Positions 48,946 through 57,905 of a stretch of DNA of 64,000 bases are shown piece after piece. The notes beneath the pieces are model-generated. The model did not search any database. It was not told the origin of the DNA and was given only the letters and a program-made list of their open reading frames with translations. The position numbers and the translations under genes were made by a program. Position 1 is the first letter of the stretch; each line of letters begins with the position of its first letter. The stretch is from Rhodothermales bacterium (GTDB lineage Bacteria > Bacteroidota > Rhodothermia > Rhodothermales > JANQRZ01), in NCBI GenBank assembly GCA_965214485.1, contig CBDCBW010000002.1, positions 107,759-171,758 on the forward strand, read 5' to 3'.

Positions 48946-49521
48946 ATGCGAACGGTGCTCTTCATCGCGCTCGGCTCCGTCGCCGCGTTCCTCGCCAGCC
49001 TCGCCGGGACCTACGTCCTGATGCCGATGGTCGCCCCCGGCGTCGTCGAGGCCGAGCGGATGCGCGCCGACAGCCTCGCCGCCGCCAGCCTCGCCGCCGA
49101 CAGCGTGGCGCTCGGGGCGCTCGACGCCGACAGCCTGCGGGCGGCGGACTCGCTCGCCCTCACCTCGGCAGCCCCAAGCCTTCTGCCGGACGGCGAGGCG
49201 AGCTCCGCCGACTCACTCGCCGCGCTGCACGAGCGGCTGGCCGCCTACGAGGCGCAGATCGGCGCGCTCCAGAGCGAAGTCGGCGCGACGAAGGCGCAGC
49301 GCGCGCGGGCCGCCGACCTCGCCAGCACCCTCATCAAGCTCGAAGACGGCGACCTCGCCCGCGTCCTCGCCCGGCTCGACCTGGACGTGCTGACGGTCCT
49401 CTACACCGAGGCCTCGGCGCGCGACCGCGCCCGCCTGCTCGGGGCGCTCGAGCCCTCGCGGACCGCCCTGTTCGTCCGCCGCGCCGCGGCGGCCTCCACC
49501 CGGCCCAGTGTCGCCAGCTAA
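48946..49521 (+). CDS. MotE/YlxF-like flagellar operon protein (MgtE_N-like C-terminus)
   Basis: N-terminal TM helix, a coiled coil, then LIKLEDGDLARVLARLDLDVLTVLYTEASARDRARLLGAL. It occupies the same slot as B. subtilis ylxF. Confidence 0.55.
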   Translation: MRTVLFIALGSVAAFLASLAGTYVLMPMVAPGVVEAERMRADSLAAASLAADSVALGALDADSLRAADSLALTSAAPSLLPDGEASSADSLAALHERLAAYEAQIGALQSEVGATKAQRARAADLASTLIKLEDGDLARVLARLDLDVLTVLYTEASARDRARLLGALEPSRTALFVRRAAAASTRPSVAS

Positions 49522-51301
49522 CCCTCCCGACGTGCTGATTCCTCTCCTTGCCGCTGCTCCCGAGGCCGTGCCCCCGGACGCCGCCCCGGCGTCCGCCACA
49601 GCCGGTGGCGGGCTGTTGCCGAGCGATGGGCCGTCGTTCGGCGAAGCGCTCGGGCGCGCCCTAATGCCTCCTCCGCCGGAGTCCGTTACGCCGTCTGCCA
49701 CACCGCAACCGGACGCTGCCGCTAGCCACCTGGTTTTGCCTCCGGGCTGGACGGCCCTCCCCCCCGCCGAGCCGAGTGGCTCGGCCCCTCGCCTCAGCGA
49801 AGCGGATTGGGACCCGCCCGCCCTCGCTCCTCCGCCGGGGGCTCCGGCTGCGGAAGCTCCGGCTGCGGAGCCCGCGAAGCCAGACCTGCCGGAGGTTGAC
49901 GGTCGAGGAGCGGCGGCGGCCTCCCCCGAGCCGAGCGAAGGCCCTGCGCCGCGTCCCACTGCGGCGGCTCCTGCGCCCCCGCCCACTCTCGCTCCGGTCC
50001 CCCTTGTCGACCCCGGACCCGGCCGCCCTGCCCTCTCGAACTCATCGCCCGCGACGCAGGCTGGGACGCAGGCTGGGGCGAGTGCCGCGCCGAGCGAAGG
50101 CCCTGCCCTTCCCACCGCCGAGGCCGGCGCTGAGCCGGACACGCCGACGCTTGTCGCCAAGCCTACTTCCTTCGCACCCGGCGCGGGAGCTCACCCGGTT
50201 CGCGCCGCCCGGGGCGCATCGCCTGCCCTTCGGGGGTCGGTTCATTCCGCACCTCACGTATCCGCACCTCACGTAGGGGCCGAGGGAGTAGGGGCCGAGG
50301 AACCTGCGGCCGATTCCGCTTCGGACCAGCCCGCCGCGCCAGCCCCCGCACGCACGCCCGAAGCGGCGTCGGCTTCCACGCCTGCTTCCGTCGCGTCAGC
50401 CGCTGCGCCGGGCGTAGCCCTCCCTCCCGTGACCGCTTCGCGGCGGTGGATGCGAGGACACACCGCCGCCTCGCCCTCCGCTGCGCCCGCCTCGCCCGAG
50501 GCTGAGGCCGCGCCGGCTCCGCAGGCCCCGGCGGTGCCACCGACGACGCCTCGCGCTTCCTCGGAGACGCCTCGCTCTACCTTGCCTTTTGCTCTGCCCG
50601 ACGGCGTGACGGCGCGGCACGGCACCCCCGGCCGCGCCGCGCGCCCGGCGGCGACGCCTGAGGCATCACCCTCCGGCACGAAGCCTGAAGCCGCCGGCGC
50701 GTCGCTCTCGCAGCCGGACGCGCAGCCGGACGGTCCCTCCGAGGTTCCGCTCGCCGCCGAGCCGGCCTCGGGAGCCCCCGCCGGGGGCGGGACTGAGTCG
50801 GCCGAGGCGGACCCCGTTCAGGCGGCGACTTCGGACCGGGCGGCCCCGGCATCAACCGCCAAGAGCGAGTCCGCCCCGAGTCTCCCGCGCCCGGTTCTTT
50901 CGGCGGCGTGGCTCCAGCGGCTCAGCGATCTCGCCCCGCGCGCTGCTGCGGGGTCGTGGCAGACCGTCCGCCTCTCGCTCGGCGAGGGCGAGGGCGAGCT
51001 GACCGTCCAGGCTCGGCGCGACGACGAGCGGGTCGCCGTGACGGTCCAGTTCAGCGACCCGCGCCTGCGCAGCCTCGCCGCCGACCACGCCGAGCGGCTC
51101 CTCAGCGCGCTCGAAGCCCGGTACGACGCCGACGTGGACCTCTCCTTCGCCGAGCACGACGGCAGCCCGTCGCGGGAGGACTCGCCCGAGGGCGAGCGCG
51201 CCCTCCCCTCCCCAAGCCGCACCGCCTCTTCGGAACCCGCGCAGCAAACAGCCGGCTCGACCCCTACGCTCTCCACCGGTCGCAACGAGTGGATCGGCTG
51301 A
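49508..51301 (+). CDS. fliK: Flagellar hook-length control protein FliK
   Basis: A very Pro/Ala-rich N-terminal two thirds. C-terminal Flg_hook-like block WQTVRLSLGEGEGELTVQARRDDERVAVTVQFSDPRLRSLAADHAERLLSALE. The start codon is uncertain. Confidence 0.7.
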   Translation: MSPANPPDVLIPLLAAAPEAVPPDAAPASATAGGGLLPSDGPSFGEALGRALMPPPPESVTPSATPQPDAAASHLVLPPGWTALPPAEPSGSAPRLSEADWDPPALAPPPGAPAAEAPAAEPAKPDLPEVDGRGAAAASPEPSEGPAPRPTAAAPAPPPTLAPVPLVDPGPGRPALSNSSPATQAGTQAGASAAPSEGPALPTAEAGAEPDTPTLVAKPTSFAPGAGAHPVRAARGASPALRGSVHSAPHVSAPHVGAEGVGAEEPAADSASDQPAAPAPARTPEAASASTPASVASAAAPGVALPPVTASRRWMRGHTAASPSAAPASPEAEAAPAPQAPAVPPTTPRASSETPRSTLPFALPDGVTARHGTPGRAARPAATPEASPSGTKPEAAGASLSQPDAQPDGPSEVPLAAEPASGAPAGGGTESAEADPVQAATSDRAAPASTAKSESAPSLPRPVLSAAWLQRLSDLAPRAAAGSWQTVRLSLGEGEGELTVQARRDDERVAVTVQFSDPRLRSLAADHAERLLSALEARYDADVDLSFAEHDGSPSREDSPEGERALPSPSRTASSEPAQQTAGSTPTLSTGRNEWIG

Positions 51302-51330
51302 GCACACGCCTCCCCCAACCCAACGCCCCT

Positions 51331-52059
51331 ATGGACCTGTCTCCGATCTCCGACCTCACGCAAGGGCAGAGCGGCTTCCCGCTCTCCAACCGCTCCGGCG
51401 ACCTCAACCGGGACGACTTCCTGCAGCTCCTCGTCGCGCAGCTTGCGAACCAGGACCCGCTGAATCCGCAGGAGGGGCACGAGTTCGCCGCCCAGCTCGC
51501 GCAGTTCTCGTCGGTCGAGCAGCTCTCGAACATCAGCAGCACGCTCGCGCTGCACTCCGAGCAGCTCGCCCTGCTCTCCGAGGGCAGCGCCGCCGCCGCC
51601 GGCCAGCAGATCGCCCTCGCCAACGCCATCAACGACCGGACGACGCTCTCGGCGGCGACCGCGCTCATCGGGCAGACGGTCGAGGCGGCGGGCGACACGG
51701 CGGTCTGGAACGGCACCGACCCGGCGGCGCTCTCGTTCCGGCTCGACGCGCCCGCCGCCGAGGTCACGGTCACGGTCCGCGACGCCAACGGAGCGGTCGT
51801 CCGCACGATCACGCCCGGCCACCTCGGCGAGGGCGCGCACGTCCCGGCGTGGGACGGGCTGACGGACGACGGCACGCCCGCCGAGCCGGGGGCCTACACC
51901 TTCTCGGTCGCAGCCACCGACGCCGACGGCGAGGCCGTCAGCGCGACGACCTTCACGCGCGGGCGCGTCGACCGGATCAGCATCGACGCCGACGGGGCGA
52001 AGCTGTGGATCGGCCCGTTCGCGGTCGCGCTCGACGACGTGCTCAGCGTCATCCCCTAA
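51331..52059 (+). CDS. flgD: Flagellar hook assembly/capping protein FlgD
   Basis: LNRDDFLQLLVAQLANQDPLNP..EFAAQLAQFSSVEQL, followed by a FlgD Ig-like C-terminal part. Confidence 0.9.
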   Translation: MDLSPISDLTQGQSGFPLSNRSGDLNRDDFLQLLVAQLANQDPLNPQEGHEFAAQLAQFSSVEQLSNISSTLALHSEQLALLSEGSAAAAGQQIALANAINDRTTLSAATALIGQTVEAAGDTAVWNGTDPAALSFRLDAPAAEVTVTVRDANGAVVRTITPGHLGEGAHVPAWDGLTDDGTPAEPGAYTFSVAATDADGEAVSATTFTRGRVDRISIDADGAKLWIGPFAVALDDVLSVIP

Positions 52060-52070
52060 CCCCAGCCGCC

Positions 52071-52475
52071 GTGTCTGTGAACGTTCGCCACCTCGCCTCG
52101 CGCGTCGAAGGCACCGGGCGGCCCCCGGCGGCCTCGCCCGCGCCGGGCAGCCCCGCCGCGCCGGGCAGCCCCGCCGCGCCGGGTGCCTCCTTTGCCGAGG
52201 CGCTGCGGCGAGCCCACGCCCCCGCCCTCACGCTCTCGGCACACGCCGCCGAGCGGATCGAGCAGCGCGGCATCCCGCTCACCGACGCCGACCGCGCCTC
52301 GATCACCGAGGCCCTGCAGCACCTCGACGCGAAGGGCGCGCGCGACGCCCTCCTGCTCCGCGCCGACGCCGCCTTCGTCGTCAACGTCCCCAACCGGACC
52401 GTCGTCACGGCGCTCGGGCGGGCCGACCTGCACGACCGCGTGTTCACCGGGATCGACAGCGCCTTCGTGCTCTGA
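52071..52475 (+). CDS. Flagellar operon protein of the TIGR02530 ('flg_new') type
   Basis: LTLSAHAAERIEQRGIPLTDADRASITEALQHLDAKGARDALLLRADAAFVVNVPNRTVVTAL..VFTGIDSAFVL matches the recalled family pattern, and it sits in the flgD-flgE slot. GTG start. Confidence 0.6.
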   Translation: MSVNVRHLASRVEGTGRPPAASPAPGSPAAPGSPAAPGASFAEALRRAHAPALTLSAHAAERIEQRGIPLTDADRASITEALQHLDAKGARDALLLRADAAFVVNVPNRTVVTALGRADLHDRVFTGIDSAFVL

Positions 52476-52610
52476 GGTCCCTTCCTCAACCCAGCACCGA
52501 CTCAACACAACCCCCGGCTGGACCCACGCTCGCGCACCCTGCGAGAACGGGAGGCCGGACCGCAGCCGACCGACTGACGCTGCGGCCTAACCCCAACGAG
52601 GTAACCCTCC

Positions 52611-53873
52611 ATGATTCGCTCTCTCCGCACCGGCATCTCCGGCCTCAAGATGAATCAGGTCCGCATGGACGTGATCGGTAACAACATCGCCAACGTCAAC
52701 ACCGCCGCCTTCAAGCGCAGCCGCGTCGCCTTCCACGAGATTCTCGGGCAGCAGCAGCTCGGCCTCGGGCGCGGCGCCAGCGTCGCCAACGTCAACCCTG
52801 CCACCGTCGGCAACGGCGTCGCCGTCGGCTCGATCGACCAGGACTGGAGCCAGGGGGCCTACGAGTACACCGGCCTCGGCACCGACCTCGCGCTCGCCGG
52901 CGACGGCTTCTTCATCGCCCGGGGGATGGACGGCAACGTCCTCACGCGCGCCGGCAACTTCGCCTTCAACGCCGACGGCGAGCTCGTCACGCCCGGCGGC
53001 CTCAACGTCCAGGGCTGGGGCTACAACGCCGACGGCAGCCTCAACACCGGCCAGGTCCAGAACGTCACGATCGACCTCGACGTGAGCGCCGCCCCCGAGG
53101 AGACGGCCAACGTCGAGGTCAGCGGCAACCTCTCGGCTGACCTCGACCCGGCCTCGGACGACAACGAGGTCACGGTCTCGTCCGTCGTCTACGACGCGCA
53201 GGGCAAGGCGCACACCCTCGTGCTGACCTTCGAGAAGACCGCCGTGGACGAGTGGGAGGTCGCCTCGGCCGAGCTCGCCGGGGACCCCGACGCGACGCCG
53301 CCCGTCCCGCCGACCGTGCTGAACGTGCCCGCCGGGCCGGTGCAGTTCGACACCGACGGCAACCTCACCGCCCCCAACCCGGCGACGTTCGCCATCACCG
53401 GGGTCTTCCCCGACACCAACGGCGACAACGTGGACATCACGCTCGACCTCGGCGGCATGACGCAGTACGGCGGCTCGACGACGACCGTCGTGAGCGGCCA
53501 GGACGGGCAGGCCGCCGGCACCGTCGTCGGCTACGGCATCGACCCCTCGGGCACGCTCACCGTCGGGTTCTCGAACGGCGAGCAGCGGGCGATTGCCCTG
53601 CTCGCCATCGGGGCCGTGAGCAACCCCAACGGGCTCGAGCAGCTCGGCGAGAACTTCTACGGCGTCACGAACGCCTCGGGCGACCTCACGATCGGCCGGG
53701 CCGGGCAGGAGGTCACGACCTCCGTCGTCGCCGGCGCGCTCGAGACGAGCAACGTGGACCTCGCCACCGAGTTCACCGACATGATCGTGACGCAGCGCGG
53801 CTACCAGGCCTCGGCCCGCGTCATCACGACCTCGGACGAGCTGCTCCAGGAGCTCGTCCAGCTCAAGCGGTAG
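52611..53873 (+). CDS. flgE: Flagellar hook protein FlgE
   Basis: MIRSLRTGISGLKMNQVRMDVIGNNIANVNT ... ALETSNVDLATEFTDMIVTQRGYQASARVITTSDELLQELVQLKR. Confidence 0.9.
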   Translation: MIRSLRTGISGLKMNQVRMDVIGNNIANVNTAAFKRSRVAFHEILGQQQLGLGRGASVANVNPATVGNGVAVGSIDQDWSQGAYEYTGLGTDLALAGDGFFIARGMDGNVLTRAGNFAFNADGELVTPGGLNVQGWGYNADGSLNTGQVQNVTIDLDVSAAPEETANVEVSGNLSADLDPASDDNEVTVSSVVYDAQGKAHTLVLTFEKTAVDEWEVASAELAGDPDATPPVPPTVLNVPAGPVQFDTDGNLTAPNPATFAITGVFPDTNGDNVDITLDLGGMTQYGGSTTTVVSGQDGQAAGTVVGYGIDPSGTLTVGFSNGEQRAIALLAIGAVSNPNGLEQLGENFYGVTNASGDLTIGRAGQEVTTSVVAGALETSNVDLATEFTDMIVTQRGYQASARVITTSDELLQELVQLKR

Positions 53874-53895
53874 ACCACCCCAACGCGTAGCGTGA

Positions 53896-53933
53896 GCGAA
53901 GCCCCCCCACAATTGCCGGTGGAGGGGCTTCGC
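53896..53933 (+). terminator. Terminator-like hairpin after flgE
   Basis: gcgaagcccc / 18-nt loop / ggggcttcgc, 23 nt after the flgE stop. There is no strong T tract. Confidence 0.45.
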
Positions 53934-54037
53934 CGTTTGCGCGCTCGCGGCCCAGCGCTTTTCCGACGCCCCCTCCCCCGGCCAAAGCGACCGCCCCCGG
54001 AGAGGGCGTTCCCCTCTCGGCTGCGGATCGTCGGATG

Positions 54038-54065
54038 CTTAGGCGCGCCGCATCGAAACCGATAA
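54038..54065 (+). promoter_or_regulatory. Sigma28 (FliA)-type promoter candidate upstream of cheY-like/motAB
   Basis: CTTAG-N15-ACCGATAA, with spacing and -35 pentamer identical to the flgM site. Confidence 0.5.
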
Positions 54066-54159
54066 CAGCCGCACGCCCTGCCCTGCTCGCTCGGCCTGCA
54101 GCGCAGACGGCCGGTGCTGCGCGCCGGGCCTTCTCTACCGCTAGCCGCCCCTCAGACCC

Positions 54160-54615
54160 ATGACCTTCCTCGTCGTCGACGACTCTCCCACGATGCGGCG
54201 CATCGTGTGCAACGCCCTCCGCGAGATCGGCTACAGCAACTTCCTCGAGGCCGAGGACGGGGTCCAGGCCCTCGGACGGCTCGAAGCGACGCCCCCCAAC
54301 CTCGTCATCACCGGGTGGACGATGCCCAACATGGACGGGATCGAGCTGACCCGGTCGATCCGCAGCCACGGCGAGCACGGGGCGCTCCCCATCCTGATGA
54401 TCACCACGCGCGGGATGCAGGAGGACGTGCTCGAAGCGATGGACGCCCGCGTCAGCGACTACGTCGTGCGCCCCTTCACCACGCAGACGCTCCGCCACAA
54501 AGTCGGCGCGCTGGTCGGCGACCCGGCCTCGGAGCCGCTCGCCTCGGAGCCGTCCGCTTCGGAGCCGCCCGCTTCGGAGCCGCCCGCTGCCGTGCTCGGC
54601 TCGGATGACGCCTAG
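54160..54615 (+). CDS. CheY-like single-domain receiver lacking the phospho-acceptor Asp (pseudo-receiver) with a repetitive acidic tail
   Basis: It aligns along its length with E. coli CheY (FLVVDDSPTMRRIV..EAEDG..MPNMDG..YVV.PF). However, ISDWNMP is ITGWTMP (G52 in place of D57) and YVVKPF is YVVRPF (R104 in place of K109). The tail is (A)SEPxA x4. Confidence 0.8.
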   Translation: MTFLVVDDSPTMRRIVCNALREIGYSNFLEAEDGVQALGRLEATPPNLVITGWTMPNMDGIELTRSIRSHGEHGALPILMITTRGMQEDVLEAMDARVSDYVVRPFTTQTLRHKVGALVGDPASEPLASEPSASEPPASEPPAAVLGSDDA

Positions 54616-54681
54616 CGTGCCTGAAGCTAGCGGCACACTTTTCCGCTCCGCCCTGCCCCTCCTTTCCGCCTGACCGCTGCT

Positions 54682-55473
54682 ATGGAGAAGTCCACCCCCA
54701 TCGGCCTCGTCGCCGGGTTCGTGCTCATCTTCGGGACGATCCTCCTGGGCGACGGCTGGACGACCTTCCTCGACCCCGGCTCGCTGCTGATCGTGATCGG
54801 GGGGATGGTCGCGGCGCTGTTCGTCGCCTTCTCGCTCGACGAGATGAAGCGGCTCCTGCCGTCGTTCAAACAGTTCCTCGCGTTCCAGGAGCCCGAGCTC
54901 GGCACCCACGTCGAGGACGTGACGGAGCTCGCGCGGCTGGCCCGGCGCGAGGGCCTGCTCGCGCTCGACCGGCAGCTCGGCGAGACCGAGAACCCGATGC
55001 TCCGGCTGGGCCTCGAGATGATGGTCGACGGCGTCGAGGCCGGCGAGATCGAGGACGTGATGCGCGCCCAGCTCGAGGAGCGCCTCCGGTCGCCGCGCCT
55101 CCTGGCTCGCGTCTGCGACACGGCCGGACTCTACGCCCCGGCCTTCGGGATGATTGGCACGCTGATTGGTCTCATCCAGATGCTCCAGAACCTCAACGAC
55201 CCCAGCGCCATCGGCCCCGCGATGGCCGTCGCCATGATCACGACCTTCTACGGCGCGTTCGTCGCCAACCTGATCTTTCTGCCGCTCGCCAACAAGGCGA
55301 AGGAGCAGCGCGTGATGCTGGCGCAGGAGGGCCACCTCCTGCTGACCGGCGTGCTCGGCCTGGCGCGCGGCGACAGCCCGAATTTCCTCGAGAAGCGCCT
55401 CCGCGCCCTCGTCGGCGGCGACGCCGCGCCCGAGGCCGACGCCGAGGCCCCCGCGCTCGCCCGCGCCGCCTAG
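54682..55473 (+). CDS. motA: Flagellar stator protein MotA/PomA
   Basis: APAFGMIGTLIGLIQML..GPAMAVAMITTFYGAFVANLIFLPLANK. Confidence 0.9.
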   Translation: MEKSTPIGLVAGFVLIFGTILLGDGWTTFLDPGSLLIVIGGMVAALFVAFSLDEMKRLLPSFKQFLAFQEPELGTHVEDVTELARLARREGLLALDRQLGETENPMLRLGLEMMVDGVEAGEIEDVMRAQLEERLRSPRLLARVCDTAGLYAPAFGMIGTLIGLIQMLQNLNDPSAIGPAMAVAMITTFYGAFVANLIFLPLANKAKEQRVMLAQEGHLLLTGVLGLARGDSPNFLEKRLRALVGGDAAPEADAEAPALARAA

Positions 55474-55491
55474 CGCCCACCCCCCAGCTCG

Positions 55492-56286
55492 ATGGAAGAG
55501 GAAGACGATGGGATGCCCACCGCGCCGTTCTGGATGGCGACGTTCAGCGACATGGTGACGCTGCTGCTGGCCTTCTTCGTGATGATCGTGGCGATGTCCG
55601 AGGTCGAGGTCAAGAAGTTCGAGGAGGCGCTGAGCTACTTCAGCGGCGGCACCGGCCCGATGCAGCACCGGGCCGTCACCCAGAGCCCCCAGATGACGCC
55701 CGAGCAGCAGCGCCAGGCCCGCGAGCGCGCCGAGCAGTACGAGGTGCTGCTCCGGTTCCTCCAGGAAAACGGCCTCGAGGCCGCCGTCACGCTCAACCTC
55801 ACCGAGCGCGGCCTCCACGTCGTCATCACGGACTCGGTGATGTTCCGCTCGGGCGAGGCCGACCTGATCGAGCCGTCGCGGACGCTGCTGAGCAAGCTCG
55901 CTGGCATCCTCGGTGCCGGCGCGCTCGAGGGCGTGCTCGTCGAGGGGCACACCGACGACCGCCCCATCCGGACGGCGCGCTTTCCCTCGAACTGGGAGCT
56001 CTCGGCGGCGCGCGCCACCTCCGTGGTCCGCTACTTGCTAGCGCAGGAGCACGCCCTCGCCCCGGACCGCTACACCGCCATCGGCCACGGCGAGCACCGG
56101 CCCATCGCCTCGAACGACGCACCCTCGGAGCGCGCGCGCAACCGCCGCGTCGAGATCCTCTTCGAGTGGAAGGACGCCTTCGAGTGGAAGGACGCCGCCG
56201 CGCCCGAGCCGCTCCGCGCCCCGGGCTGGCCCGGTGCCCCGGCTGCGCTCTCACTCTCCACCACCCCCTCGTCTCATGGCGGCTGA
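55492..56286 (+). CDS. motB: Flagellar stator protein MotB (OmpA-like C-terminus)
   Basis: WMATFSDMVTLLLAFFV (conserved Asp), then FRSGEADL...GHTDDRPI..NWELSAARATSV..RNRRVEI. Confidence 0.9.
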   Translation: MEEEDDGMPTAPFWMATFSDMVTLLLAFFVMIVAMSEVEVKKFEEALSYFSGGTGPMQHRAVTQSPQMTPEQQRQARERAEQYEVLLRFLQENGLEAAVTLNLTERGLHVVITDSVMFRSGEADLIEPSRTLLSKLAGILGAGALEGVLVEGHTDDRPIRTARFPSNWELSAARATSVVRYLLAQEHALAPDRYTAIGHGEHRPIASNDAPSERARNRRVEILFEWKDAFEWKDAAAPEPLRAPGWPGAPAALSLSTTPSSHGG

Positions 56287-56797
56287 CCCCGACGCCGACG
56301 TCCCCGAAGCCGCCCCCGAGGCTGCCGAGCCTCCCGCGTCCGGCGGCAAGAAAGGCAAGCTCGTGCTGGCCGCCGTCCTCGTGGCCGCGGCGCTCGGCGC
56401 GGGCGTGGCCTACAGCCAGTTCGGCGCGGTGGACCGGACGGCCCAGAAGTTCCTCGGACCGGCGGAGGCCGAGGCCGAGGAGGCCCCGACCGAGTACGGC
56501 GAGTTCATGCAGATCGAGCCGCTCGTCATCAACCCGGCCGGGACCGGCGGCTCGCGCTACCTGATGGTCAACGTCGGGCTCGAGAGCGCGGAGCCTGCCG
56601 TGCTCGAAGAGGTCGCGCTCAAAGACATCGTCGTGCGCGACCTGATCAACGACCGCCTCAGCACCAAGACCGTCGAGGAGCTCGCGAACGTCGGCAACCG
56701 CGAGGCGCTCAAGGAGGAGCTGCGCGCCCTCCTCAACGGCGTCCTCGCCAAGGGCGAGGTCGACCGGCTCTACTTCACGCAGTTCATGCTTCAGTAG
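56276..56797 (+). CDS. fliL: Flagellar basal-body-associated protein FliL
   Basis: TM helix KLVLAAVLVAAALGAGVAY, then FMQIEPLVINPAG..RYLMVNVGLE..ELRALLN..VDRLYFTQFMLQ. Confidence 0.85.
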   Translation: MAADPDADVPEAAPEAAEPPASGGKKGKLVLAAVLVAAALGAGVAYSQFGAVDRTAQKFLGPAEAEAEEAPTEYGEFMQIEPLVINPAGTGGSRYLMVNVGLESAEPAVLEEVALKDIVVRDLINDRLSTKTVEELANVGNREALKEELRALLNGVLAKGEVDRLYFTQFMLQ

Positions 56798-56855
56798 CAG
56801 GTCATGCTTCAGTAGCAGGTCACGCTTCAGCAGCGGTCCACGCTTCGGTTAGCCA
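56784..56855. repeat. 18-bp tandem repeat (two perfect plus two decaying copies) spanning the fliL stop codon
   Basis: tcatgcttcagtagcagg x2, then tcacgcttcagcagcggt and ccacgcttcggttagcca. Confidence 0.9.
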
Positions 56856-56868
56856 GCGAGCGCCTCTC

Positions 56869-57900
56869 ATGAGCAAAGCCCTTACCCAGAGCGAGATCGA
56901 CGCGCTGCTCCGCGTCCGTTCGATGATGGACGAGGAGGCCCCGCTCCTGCTCGACGACAACCTGACGACCCAGTTCGAGGCCTTCGGGCACGGTGCCGAG
57001 GTCCGGGTCACCCCGTACAACTTCAAGCGGCCCCGCCTGTTTTCGCACGAGCAGATGCGCGTGCTGAACTACCTCCACGAGTCCTTCGCCCGCGACCTCT
57101 CGGTCTACCTCTCGGCGCAGCTCCGGACGATGGCGGAGATCACGCTGACGGCCGTGGACCAGGTGCTCTACGCCGAGTACGTCGCCTCGAGCGTCTCGCC
57201 GTCGGCGCTCTACGTGGCCGAGGCCGAGGACCTCGGGCACGAGATCATCTTCGAGCTCGACCCCTGCCTCGTCGTCTACGCCGTCGAGAAGCTCTTCGGC
57301 GGGGCGGGCGTGTTCCCGGAGGCCCCGCGCCCGGTCTCGCAGATCGAGCAGCGCATCATGAGCCGCGTCGTCCGCCGCGCCTTCGACGAGCTCGAGACGG
57401 CGTGGGAGCAGGCCAACGAGATCGCGCTGCGCGAGACCGCCTTCGAGTTCAACGCCGACTTCGTGCAGATCCTCCCGAGCATGGAGCCGGTGCTGGTCGC
57501 GACGTTCGACATCCAGGTGCAGAACTGCCGGTCGTTCGTCAACATCTGCTACCCGTACCTGTTGCTGGAAAAGCTCCTGGGCCACACCGGGATGCAGCGC
57601 TGGATGTCGAGCACGGTCACCGAGGTCCCGCCGGAGGTCCGCACGCGCTACGAGGACGTGCTCCGCACGATGGACGTCGAGCTGCGCGCCGAGCTGGGCC
57701 GCACCCGGCTCTCGCTCCAGGACCTCTCCGACCTCCGGGAGGGCGACGTGATCCCCCTGCGCCGGCGGGCCGGCGAGCCGGTCCCCGTCCTCATCGACAA
57801 GCGCGAGGCGTTCAAGGCGGCCGTCGGGCGCGCCGGCAAGCAGCGCGCGCTCCGCATCCTCGAGGTCGCCGCCTCCGCCCCCTCCCTCTCCGACTCCTGA
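56869..57900 (+). CDS. fliM: Flagellar motor switch protein FliM
   Basis: N-terminal LTQSEIDALL (CheY-binding peptide), YNFKRP, and the FliM middle and C-terminal SpoA regions. Confidence 0.9.
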   Translation: MSKALTQSEIDALLRVRSMMDEEAPLLLDDNLTTQFEAFGHGAEVRVTPYNFKRPRLFSHEQMRVLNYLHESFARDLSVYLSAQLRTMAEITLTAVDQVLYAEYVASSVSPSALYVAEAEDLGHEIIFELDPCLVVYAVEKLFGGAGVFPEAPRPVSQIEQRIMSRVVRRAFDELETAWEQANEIALRETAFEFNADFVQILPSMEPVLVATFDIQVQNCRSFVNICYPYLLLEKLLGHTGMQRWMSSTVTEVPPEVRTRYEDVLRTMDVELRAELGRTRLSLQDLSDLREGDVIPLRRRAGEPVPVLIDKREAFKAAVGRAGKQRALRILEVAASAPSLSDS

Positions 57901-57905
57901 CGACC

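Noticed and set aside
48946-51301. The possibility that the Pro/Ala-rich 49.5-50.9 kb stretch is non-coding or a collapsed repeat rather than fliK.
   Set aside because: The frame stays open for 597 codons and ends in a recognisable hook-length-control C-terminal block. Its position between the ylxF-like gene and flgD is canonical. Only the start codon is doubtful.
53874-54159. A search for a small FlbD/SwrD-like ORF between flgE and motA.
   Set aside because: The only ORF in this stretch (54114..54608) is an alternative frame of the cheY-like gene with Arg/Pro-rich content. No credible ORF of about 70 aa is present.
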